Made by a program: the position numbers and the translations under genes | Shown here: positions 17,511 through 24,863 of the stretch, in pieces | Layout of the letters: every line of letters starts with the position of its first letter | How positions within the stretch are numbered: position 1 is the stretch's first letter | Notes under the pieces: model-generated | Database searches by the model: none | Told to the model about the DNA's origin: nothing | The model's input: only the letters and a program-made list of their open reading frames with translations | Source of the DNA: a bacterium | GTDB taxonomy: Bacteria > JAMCPX01 | Assembly: GCA_037439545.1 (NCBI GenBank) | Contig: JBBIVV010000035.1 | Coordinates: 1 to 24,863 of the forward strand | Length of the DNA: 24,863 bases | Direction: 5' to 3'

Positions 17511-18428
17511 ATGGCACACAGTATTTTAATTATCGATGATTCACCGCAGGTGCGGAAAGAAATAAAAGACGCACTTGAGAAGGCTGAATTGTTTGATGCA
17601 TTTTACGAAGCTACGGACGGTGTCAAGGGCTTCAGAATGATGTTAACCAATCCGCCTGATTTTGTCATATGCGATCTCATGATGCCGGATTTCGACGGTT
17701 TTAAATTCCTGCGTCTGAAAAGGGCGCGGCATGACTTTGATAACATACCCGTCCTGCTCGTTACGGGAAGAGATAACGTTAACGATAAGATTCACGGACT
17801 TGAAGAAGGTGCACAGGATTATGTTTTGAAACCGTTTAACCCGCTTGAGCTTGTTGCGAGGGTAAAAGCACATTTCAGAATAAAACTCCTGCAGGACGAA
17901 CTCAGGAGTGTCAATGAAAAACTGGAGCTGCTTTCTAATACGGACCCTTTAACTGAACTTTACAATAGAAGATACTTTATAAACATCCTTAAGAATGAAT
18001 TTGAGAGATCGAAGCGTTATAACAGGGCATTATCCTTGCTCATGGTTGATATAGATTTCTTCAAATCTATCAATGACAGGTGCGGGCACCTCACCGGCGA
18101 CAAGGTTTTAACCATTGTTTCAAAAATATTAATAACTGACTTGAGAAAGATCGACAGTTGTTCACGGTACGGCGGGGACGAGTTTATAACTATGCTTCCG
18201 GAAACCGATATTAACGGTGCACTCAGTGTCGCAAACAGATACTTAAGTGAGATGCAGGAACTGGATATTTCCGATATCTGTAAAGGACTCAATATAACAC
18301 TTTCGATAGGTATCGTATGCCTTCCTGAGGAAAGCATAAAGACCATGGATGAATTTCTGACCTGTGTCGACAATGCCCTGTACAAAGCAAAAGAAGCGGG
18401 CAGAAACAGGTATGTTGTCTATAAATAA
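17511..18428 (+). CDS. Response regulator diguanylate cyclase (REC-GGDEF)
   Basis: IIDDS, CDLMMP, KPF receiver; TDPLT, DIDFFK, I-site RKID, RYGGDEF. Confidence 0.95.
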   Translation: MAHSILIIDDSPQVRKEIKDALEKAELFDAFYEATDGVKGFRMMLTNPPDFVICDLMMPDFDGFKFLRLKRARHDFDNIPVLLVTGRDNVNDKIHGLEEGAQDYVLKPFNPLELVARVKAHFRIKLLQDELRSVNEKLELLSNTDPLTELYNRRYFINILKNEFERSKRYNRALSLLMVDIDFFKSINDRCGHLTGDKVLTIVSKILITDLRKIDSCSRYGGDEFITMLPETDINGALSVANRYLSEMQELDISDICKGLNITLSIGIVCLPEESIKTMDEFLTCVDNALYKAKEAGRNRYVVYK

Positions 18429-18472
18429 ACGATGGGCACATCGTTTATTGTTATAGACATGTATCCTTAACC

Positions 18473-19012
18473 TTATTTTCCCTTGGTTTCCTTAACGTAT
18501 TCCTCGAGACCTTTTATAAGTCCTATGAAATTTGGTTTTATCAATGCAAGAACGACGTTCAAAAATTCATCCACTATTTTTTCCCTCATTATGGCAGGAA
18601 CGACTATCATAAAAGGGTACTGTTCCAAATTTACATTAATATCCCCTATAAGCGTGATTGTCGTATACCTGCCGTCTGTTGAATATATATCTTTCCCGCG
18701 TGCGTTAATATTATTTTGAAAGATGTATGGTTCATAGCTCCATTCACACACGTATTCGCTTTTAGACCATTGCCCCTTATCGAGCCATGCAATGCCGTCC
18801 AGTCTTATAAACTGGCTTATAACAGCAGGAAGTATGTTTTTACCCTGCCATTTGTTAAGGGTGTAAACCTTGTCTTCCGTTTCTTTTCTATCCAGCAATT
18901 CTATTTTGGCTATGTCCGGCAGATACGGAGCAAGCTTATACAGATTATCTCTTAATGTTTGATAAACAATATCAATCGGCACTTCGGTTTTCAAAGAATA
19001 CTCAAAATGCAT
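18473..19012 (-). CDS. Hypothetical protein, probable START/SRPBCC-like lipid-binding fold
   Basis: 179 aa ORF with GAGG RBS and TTGACA upstream; strand-helix-strands-long C-terminal helix pattern; fold call is inference. Confidence 0.6.
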   Translation of the reverse strand: MHFEYSLKTEVPIDIVYQTLRDNLYKLAPYLPDIAKIELLDRKETEDKVYTLNKWQGKNILPAVISQFIRLDGIAWLDKGQWSKSEYVCEWSYEPYIFQNNINARGKDIYSTDGRYTTITLIGDINVNLEQYPFMIVVPAIMREKIVDEFLNVVLALIKPNFIGLIKGLEEYVKETKGK

Positions 19013-19079
19013 ACGTATCCGCCTCTCGATTTTTTTATCACTTTATCAGGCGATGTCAAACAGACAGTCATTTAATGCC

Positions 19080-19109
19080 TTGACAGAATGACGAATATTC
19101 TGAGACAAT
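19080..19109 (+). promoter_or_regulatory. Putative sigma70 promoter of tRNA-Thr
   Basis: TTGACA (19080-19085), 18 bp, GACAAT (19104-19109) preceded by TG. Confidence 0.55.
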
Positions 19110-19120
19110 AAGCCAATAAT

Positions 19121-19192
19121 GCCGGGATAGCTCAATGGTAGAGCAGCGCATTCGTAATGCGCAGGTTGCGGGTTCAAGTCCCACTTCCGGCT
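19121..19192 (+). tRNA. tRNA-Thr(CGT), CCA not encoded
   Basis: Acceptor GCCGGGA/TTCCGGC, D-arm GCTC-AATGGTA-GAGC, anticodon arm GCGCA-TTCGTAA-TGCGC, T-loop TTCAAGT. Confidence 0.96.
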
Positions 19193-19271
19193 TTTTGTTT
19201 TTCAAATGGTAAGCCGTTTTCATATTCATCGACGGCACATTCTTTTAAAAGACATCCGGATTGCGTCCCTA

Positions 19272-19625
19272 TCATGTCTTGATAGTGCAGGCCCCAAACC
19301 CGGCCCACTCGCTCACAGGTTTTTCCGACGTAAGGACGAACTCGGCATTCTCCCGGCAGGAGATTCTGACCCTGCCCGCGAGATCATATATCTTCCTGCT
19401 CATGACGAACGTCAAGTCTCCAATCTCTTCCACCAGATCGGATTCCCCGACTTCATCGAGGAGCAGACCCAGCGAAGCGTCACAGCAGCCGGTCGACGTC
19501 AGTACGATACGGATGACGCCGCTATATTCCTTCTTCGCCAACACATTGGCGATGGCCTCGCATACTCCCGGATCGGTCGTTATTACCGCCGTTTCTCCTC
19601 TGTCAAAAGTAATTTCTGCTGTCAT
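19272..19625 (-). CDS. IscA/HesB-like small protein
   Basis: IRIVLTSTGCCDASLGLLLDE...D...GDLTFVM pattern; AAGGAG RBS. Confidence 0.75.
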   Translation of the reverse strand: MTAEITFDRGETAVITTDPGVCEAIANVLAKKEYSGVIRIVLTSTGCCDASLGLLLDEVGESDLVEEIGDLTFVMSRKIYDLAGRVRISCRENAEFVLTSEKPVSEWAGFGACTIKT

Positions 19626-19741
19626 AAACGCCTTTTCTCCTTGTAGTAGTTCCTAATCCCCTTTTATTATATACCATACCTTTGCCGGCAGCAATCAGCA
19701 ATAGATAGTACCCCTTCGAGGGGGACAGGAAAGCATCCGAA

Positions 19742-20410
19742 TCACGTGGCCGGCTTTATGTTGTCCGGTGAGTTGAACCTATACGAGTTCACCTGCGGCG
19801 AGACCTGGTAAGATTCAAGTTCATCGGAGGGAAAGGACTTCAGGAGCGGTTTCAGAATGTCCTTGTCATGGACTTCAGGATTCAACCATTGTGAAAAATT
19901 GTCATGGTTGAGGATGACGGGCATCCTGTCATGAATCTGCGTCATGAGCTCATTTGCACCGGTCGTAACGATGGTGGATGTACTGATTTTCCCGCCTTCG
20001 GAAGACGTCCAAATGTTATAGAGTCCTGCAAACGCCATGGGATCTCCTGACCTGAGATGGATGTAGTAGGGGATCTTCACCGTGCCCCGCCTTTGCCATT
20101 CATAGAATCCGTCCGCTACCACGAGGCAGCGGTTATTGAGAAAAGCATTCTTGTAGGAGCGGTTCGAGTCTACGGTTTCTGCCCTCGCATTGATCATGGA
20201 ATAGGCTGTTCCGGGCTCCTTTGCCCAGGACGGAAGGAATCCCCATCTGCTCAAGATCAACCTGTTCTTGTTCCCGGCATTGACCACGATCGGGATATTC
20301 TGGGCCGGCGCAACGTTGTAATTCGCCGCGAAATCACAGGAAACATCGCCGATATCGAAGATTTTGACGATTATTTCTATTGCCGAGTGAATGTCGAACC
20401 TTCCGCACAT
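19742..20410 (-). CDS. SOS response-associated peptidase (SRAP/YedK/HMCES family) abasic-site protein
   Basis: MCGRF N-terminus (catalytic Cys2), YNVAP, INARAET, ADGFYEW, IHDRMPVIL. Confidence 0.96.
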   Translation of the reverse strand: MCGRFDIHSAIEIIVKIFDIGDVSCDFAANYNVAPAQNIPIVVNAGNKNRLILSRWGFLPSWAKEPGTAYSMINARAETVDSNRSYKNAFLNNRCLVVADGFYEWQRRGTVKIPYYIHLRSGDPMAFAGLYNIWTSSEGGKISTSTIVTTGANELMTQIHDRMPVILNHDNFSQWLNPEVHDKDILKPLLKSFPSDELESYQVSPQVNSYRFNSPDNIKPAT

Positions 20411-20451
20411 AAAAAGATTATACCATAACGGGCGGGGTAAAGATATTCTTC

Positions 20452-20480
20452 TTGACAGCGAACGATCGTTCGCCTATACT
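20452..20480 (+). promoter_or_regulatory. Sigma70 promoter with a perfect palindromic operator in its spacer
   Basis: TTGACA (20452-20457), GCGAACGATCGTTCGC (20458-20473), C, TATACT (20475-20480); 17-bp spacer. Confidence 0.85.
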
Positions 20481-20486
20481 ATGTTC

Positions 20487-21080
20487 ATGCCCAGAAGAAC
20501 CAAGAAAGAAGAGCTCCAGAACCGCATCAGGGAGATAGAGCTGTTTTACCATAAGAACGGCAGGATGCCGAGTTATGCCGAGATCGGGGCTTTGCTCGGA
20601 TTCCGTTCAAAGGATTCCTCGTTCAAGCTCGTAGAGAAGCTTGAAAAGCTCAAGATTGTCGTCCGGGACAAAACAGGCAGGCTCATTCCAAAATCCCTTG
20701 CCATGCACGTCAAGGTGCTCGGTACGGTAGAAGCCGGATTTCCAAGCCCTGCCGAGGAAGAACTGACCGATACCGTATCCCTGGATGATTTATTGATTAA
20801 AAATCGTGAGGCGACCTTCCTTTTGAAGGTATCGGGCGATTCCATGAAGGATGCGGGCATTATGCCCGGAGATATGGTGATCGTGGACCGTGGCATGCAC
20901 CCCAAGAGCGGACATATCGTTATTGCACAGGTCGACGGTGCATGGACCATGAAGTATCTCGAAAAACGCGGCGATTCCTTTTGCCTTGTCGCAGCCAACG
21001 CAAACTATAAACCTATCCGGCCCAAAAACGAACTGAAGATTGCCGGTGTCGTTACTGCAGTAGTGCGGAAATATCTGTAG
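20487..21080 (+). CDS. lexA: LexA-family repressor: winged HTH plus UmuD-like S24 peptidase
   Basis: Likely start MPRRTKK at 20487; MPSYAEIGALLGFRS HTH; VEA-GFPSPA cleavage site; GDSM Ser; TMK Lys. Confidence 0.88.
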   Translation: MPRRTKKEELQNRIREIELFYHKNGRMPSYAEIGALLGFRSKDSSFKLVEKLEKLKIVVRDKTGRLIPKSLAMHVKVLGTVEAGFPSPAEEELTDTVSLDDLLIKNREATFLLKVSGDSMKDAGIMPGDMVIVDRGMHPKSGHIVIAQVDGAWTMKYLEKRGDSFCLVAANANYKPIRPKNELKIAGVVTAVVRKYL

Positions 21081-21124
21081 CCTGCCGCGAGGTCACGCCC
21101 GGAATCCTCCCTAAAGGTATCAGT

Positions 21125-22438
21125 ATGGATAATCGACCCATCACCATTTCATCTTTTCCCCAGGCGATCATGCACATCGACGTGGATGCCTTTTTTGCGT
21201 CCTGCGAACAGGCTATTCACCCTGAACTCAAGGGCAGACCCGTGATAACAGGGAAAGAGAGGGGCATTGTTGCCGCCGCAAGCTATGAAGCCAAGGCAAG
21301 GGGTGTACAGCGGGGAATGCGGCTGTTCGAGGTGAGAAAGATTTGTCCGGATTGCATTATCATGCCCTCGGATTACGAGACCTACAGCCTGTTTTCGGTC
21401 AGACTGTTCGAGATATTGAGACGCTTTTCCCCTGATGTCGAAGAATACAGCGTTGATGAAGCCTTTGTCGATTTGACAGGGCTGAGAAGAAGTTTCCACG
21501 GTTCTTATGAATCTATTGCCGGGAACATGAGGAAGACGGTAGAGGCCGAACTGGGAATCACGGTATCCGCAGGAGTGAGTCTGAGCAAAGTGCTTGCCAA
21601 GATCGCATCGAAGCACAGAAAACCGGATGGATTGACCGTGATACCGGGCAGGGAGATTCATGTGTATCTTGAACGACTGCCCGTGGAGAAGATATGGGGG
21701 GTTGGCCCGAACACGGCTGCATTTCTCAAGAAGCACGGGATAGTCACGGCCCTTCAATTCGCCAGACAGGAACAAGGCTGGGTGGACAGATACCTGTGCA
21801 AACCCTACCGGGAAATATGGCATGAATTGAACGGCAGAAGCGTTTATCCCGTGGTCGCGGAAGCGAAGGACAGCTATCAGTCTATCAGCAAGGCTAGGAC
21901 CTTTACCCCTGCCTCGATGGATGAGGCGTTTGTCTTTGCCCAACTGTCGAAGAACCTTGAGAATGCCTGTATCAAGGCGAGGAAATACCGGTTGGCTGCT
22001 GTACGGCTTATTATTTTTTTGAGAAAACAGGATTTCACGAGCAAAGGAGTGGAAATCAAACTGAACAAGCCGAGTTCTTACCCTCTCGAGCTCTTTGAGC
22101 TGTTGAGGAGAGGTTTTAAGCAGGTCTTCGAACCAAGAGAGCCTTACCGTCAGACCGGTGTGGTGCTGGCGGGGCTGGTCCCCGAGAGCAGAATACAGTA
22201 CGGCCTATTCGATGACATAACCAGGGTAGAGAAGATGTCGAAGATATACGGGAGCCTCGACGAGATATCACAGAAGTACGGGAAACACACGATACAACAC
22301 GGTGCGAGTCTGCCAACCAGGCTTCAGGCACAGCATGAGGGTGACCGCGGCGATGTCCCTGTGAGAAAGACTTCATTGCTGAAAGGTGAAAATCAGCGGC
22401 AGAGGCTGGGAATACCGATGATGCATATTAAGATTTAA
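21125..22438 (+). CDS. Y-family translesion DNA polymerase (DinB/UmuC-like)
   Basis: HIDVDAFFAS, ASYEAKARGV, YSVDEAF, KVLAKIASKHRKPDG, IWGVG; clamp-binding-like QYGLF; UmuC-like tail LDEISQKYG. Confidence 0.95.
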   Translation: MDNRPITISSFPQAIMHIDVDAFFASCEQAIHPELKGRPVITGKERGIVAAASYEAKARGVQRGMRLFEVRKICPDCIIMPSDYETYSLFSVRLFEILRRFSPDVEEYSVDEAFVDLTGLRRSFHGSYESIAGNMRKTVEAELGITVSAGVSLSKVLAKIASKHRKPDGLTVIPGREIHVYLERLPVEKIWGVGPNTAAFLKKHGIVTALQFARQEQGWVDRYLCKPYREIWHELNGRSVYPVVAEAKDSYQSISKARTFTPASMDEAFVFAQLSKNLENACIKARKYRLAAVRLIIFLRKQDFTSKGVEIKLNKPSSYPLELFELLRRGFKQVFEPREPYRQTGVVLAGLVPESRIQYGLFDDITRVEKMSKIYGSLDEISQKYGKHTIQHGASLPTRLQAQHEGDRGDVPVRKTSLLKGENQRQRLGIPMMHIKI

Positions 22439-22555
22439 AGACGGTTTTACCTTTCTTGAGTTTAAAATATTATATAATATTTCTACCTTAAAGGCATTAA
22501 TTTAAAGTCACTTCTCAATATGATTCTTTCCTCCTGTCTTTACGACAGGATATAC

Positions 22556-22598
22556 TACTGACATTTTCACTTTGTAGTTAGTACTGACATTCTCACTT
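22556..22598. repeat. 17-bp direct repeat pair (1 mismatch)
   Basis: TACTGACATTTTCACTT (22556-22572) and TACTGACATTCTCACTT (22582-22598); 26-bp period. Confidence 0.8.
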
Positions 22599-22765
22599 GG
22601 CTATCACAGCGGTTCTTCGTTTATTTGACAATCATTGGGAACTATTATTGAATATGCTCATAGTGAGTGCATCCTTAGTCAAAGGTAGTTCAATCACTCA
22701 TGTAAAGCGGCTCACATTTAGATACACAATTTACGGATCAAATAAAATAACAAAGAAAGGTAATC

Positions 22766-23326
22766 ATGGCACAAGTAAAAGGCGTTCCGATTCTTGGGTT
22801 GATAAAGTTCATAAAAAAAGATCAGCAGGATGTTTTGCCAAAGATCATTACTATACTTCCTCCTGAAACAAGGAAGTACATGGATGAACATATAATCCAG
22901 TCCGCGTGGTATCCGTACCAATTGTACACGGATCTGTTACGCGCCCTTGATAAAGTCGCGGGTAAGGGTGATCTGGCATATTGCATAGAGCAGGGGAGAC
23001 TTGCGGCAAAACATGACCTTTCAACCATATACAAGATCTTTCTGACTTTCTCCGGACCGAAAATGTGGCAGACGAGGTCCATGAGCGTATGGAGCAGCTA
23101 TTTTGACACCGGTCAGGCTGTCATCAGTATACCTTCAAAATCAGAGTCCCTTTTTACAATATCAGATTTTCCGGATATTGATTTAGCGCATGTCAAAAGC
23201 GTGCAGGGGTGGAATGAGCAATTTTTAATCACCTGCAAATATACCAATGTAAAATCGGAGATCAAAAGATGTCAGTGCTCCGGAGACCCTGTAACCGAGC
23301 TGCTTTTCACATTCGATCAAAAATAG
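22766..23326 (+). CDS. Hypothetical protein, DUF2378/TIGR02265- or H-NOX/V4R-like
   Basis: VKG start, WYP motif, G..AA..DL..IYK, WSSYFDTG, C-terminal CQCSGDP; AAAGGT RBS; family by recall only. Confidence 0.6.
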   Translation: MAQVKGVPILGLIKFIKKDQQDVLPKIITILPPETRKYMDEHIIQSAWYPYQLYTDLLRALDKVAGKGDLAYCIEQGRLAAKHDLSTIYKIFLTFSGPKMWQTRSMSVWSSYFDTGQAVISIPSKSESLFTISDFPDIDLAHVKSVQGWNEQFLITCKYTNVKSEIKRCQCSGDPVTELLFTFDQK

Positions 23327-23345
23327 CACTTACGTGCGGTATCAG

Positions 23346-23378
23346 GAAACAGGCGGCGCCCAAGCACCGCCCGTTTTC
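23346..23378. terminator. Probable bidirectional intrinsic terminator between convergent genes
   Basis: GAAACAGGCGGCGC-CCAA-GCACCGCCCGTTTTC GC-rich imperfect hairpin with short T tracts on both strands. Confidence 0.6.
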
Positions 23379-23400
23379 GTCTGTTCAAACTCTGACGCTC

Positions 23401-24795
23401 TTATTTAAGTGGTAGGTAACTTACGATGTGGTTTGCCAAAAGATCGTAGGCCGGTGAAACCTGATTTGCCGATGTTCCTGTCCCTTTCGGTGCTGCAAGC
23501 AGTCCGTCGAGATCCACTATGGCAAGACATGCTTTTGTACCATCGATCAGCAAACCCATCGGCTTGCCGCCTACAATGGCGGTAAATGCAGACAGCCCGT
23601 GAGGATCTCCCACATTGCTCCACGATGACAGGGCCGGACAGTACGTTGTCGGGGTTGGGAGCTGTGCCGAAGTATAAGATGTCACGGTGACACTTCCTGC
23701 TGCTGCCGAAGAGGGCATCTGTGCAGCACCTATGTCATCTCCGAATTCACCCTCAAGAAACATAATATGGCTTGATGGCTCTATCACCATACCTGTGGTC
23801 AGATAACCGCTTGGTGAATAGACGTTCTGCAAGGGCGTTACGTCGTACGGTGCATCGAATGTCCCGGTTGAACCGTTGAATGTCGCTGCATTCATATTAA
23901 AGATAAGTAAAAGCGGTGTCCATTCGTGCCCTATGGTCATGAGGCCTGTGGACGGATCTACAGAAACCGCATCCGCTGTCAGTGAAGGGATCCCTTGACT
24001 GGTAAGTTCCGGCAGTCCATAAGACGGATCTGTGTTCGTATCAACCATCCTTTTGTCCCAGCGATAGATTTTCCCGCTATTCACATCGATGGCCCATACG
24101 TAGTTATTCGTTGTTTCGTACTCAGGAGAAAAAATTCTGTTCTTTACAGGGTCATAGCCGAAGTTCTCGGTCGCAAGGTTAACCGGTGTCGTTGCCGTCG
24201 GATCTGACAGGAACGATTTCAACACGGTGCCTGAATAATTGACAACACGATATCCGTCGCCGGATGAAACTATAAACCCTTTGTCCGTAGCATCAGGAAG
24301 CACACCGCAGTCAAGACATCCGCCGCCGCTGAAACTCGACGTGATTGTATTGCCGAGATCATACTCTTTTACCGTAGGTACAGCTCCACTCGCTAAATAG
24401 CCCGACACGTCAATAACAGCAACTTTTGAACTGTTATAACCGACGCAAATAATCTTAAGGTTCGGCGCATCTGCAGCACAACTGTTTACATTGAAAGACG
24501 TCGTTATGGTGATCGGTGACAATGTCAATTCATTCAACTTGATTCCGCCGTATGAAGCTGTGGTAAAAGCAGAGCCGCTTTGTTGAATGGGGACCGCACT
24601 CACACCTGTACCATTAGGCACAAAAGCTATAACAAGATTGCCTGTGCTTATTGTTGCAAGGCCCCCTGAAGTAGTTGCCGACGGCGATGTTGAAGGCGCC
24701 TTCCCGCCTCCGCTGCTACTGCTTCCACATCCTGATACTGCAACCACCACAGCAACTAAAACCATCCCTATACTACTTACCCTAAATTTTTTCAT
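23401..24795 (-). CDS. Lipoprotein of unknown function, beta-rich (possible beta-propeller)
   Basis: MKK plus hydrophobic stretch plus lipobox VSGC, Ser/Gly/Thr linker, repeated blade-like YDP/VDP/IEP..VID segments; AGGAGG RBS. Confidence 0.8.
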   Translation of the reverse strand: MKKFRVSSIGMVLVAVVVAVSGCGSSSSGGGKAPSTSPSATTSGGLATISTGNLVIAFVPNGTGVSAVPIQQSGSAFTTASYGGIKLNELTLSPITITTSFNVNSCAADAPNLKIICVGYNSSKVAVIDVSGYLASGAVPTVKEYDLGNTITSSFSGGGCLDCGVLPDATDKGFIVSSGDGYRVVNYSGTVLKSFLSDPTATTPVNLATENFGYDPVKNRIFSPEYETTNNYVWAIDVNSGKIYRWDKRMVDTNTDPSYGLPELTSQGIPSLTADAVSVDPSTGLMTIGHEWTPLLLIFNMNAATFNGSTGTFDAPYDVTPLQNVYSPSGYLTTGMVIEPSSHIMFLEGEFGDDIGAAQMPSSAAAGSVTVTSYTSAQLPTPTTYCPALSSWSNVGDPHGLSAFTAIVGGKPMGLLIDGTKACLAIVDLDGLLAAPKGTGTSANQVSPAYDLLANHIVSYLPLK

Positions 24796-24863
24796 ATTAC
24801 TACCCTCCTTTAAAGTTATTTAAATTGTAACCATTTTAATCATATATAGTAATTTAGATTTGT

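Noticed and set aside
19206..19656. Plus-strand ORFs of 146 and 131 aa after the tRNA
   Set aside because: Overlap the HesB-like gene on the opposite strand, which has an RBS and family motif; not integrase-like
19711..19723. Hairpin CCCCT-TCG-AGGGG between HesB-like and SRAP genes as riboswitch or terminator
   Set aside because: Only a 5-bp stem, no U-tract and no recognisable aptamer; possibly a weak terminator but unsupported
20391..20486. N-terminal extension of lexA in the ORF track
   Set aside because: Overlaps the SRAP start and spans the promoter/operator; the real start is likely 20487
21149..21943. 264-aa minus-strand ORF
   Set aside because: Antisense to the Y-family polymerase; no recognisable features
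22556..22598. Possible mini-CRISPR
   Set aside because: Only two 17-bp units with a 9-bp gap; no cas genes
22597..22921. Short ORFs 22597-22866 (+) and 22718-22921 (-)
   Set aside because: Overlap the 22766 gene out of frame or antisense; no RBS or motifs
19193..24863. Intact prophage or integrative element at tRNA-Thr
   Set aside because: No integrase, transposase, phage genes or tRNA 3'-end duplication found in the window

Overview
A bacterial chromosomal window; the gene content (multiheme cytochrome, sigma54/IHF promoters, OmpA fusion) suggests a Gram-negative anaerobe-like organism, which is inference only. Left part: a partial collagen-repeat lipoprotein gene (missing from the ORF track) with a full sigma54/IHF/enhancer-like promoter; a SWIM-SNF2 helicase coupled to a metallophosphoesterase fused to a Pol-beta-type nucleotidyltransferase; a double-HAD phosphatase; a sigma54-preceded 12-heme NapC/NrfH-type cytochrome; and an OmpA-domain protein. 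Middle: galT plus an ABC-2 exporter, gltX-CDF-copA, a REC-GGDEF cyclase, a START-like protein and tRNA-Thr(CGT). After the tRNA: a HesB-like protein and a divergent SRAP / LexA-UmuD hybrid / Y-family polymerase cassette with a perfect 16-bp palindrome inside a consensus promoter and probable leaderless starts. Right end: a repeat-rich intergenic region, a DUF2378/H-NOX-like gene and a lipoprotein. The best candidates for undescribed biology are the phosphoesterase-nucleotidyltransferase/SNF2 pair and the self-regulated mutagenesis cassette. All family calls come from motif recognition by eye; no searches were run.
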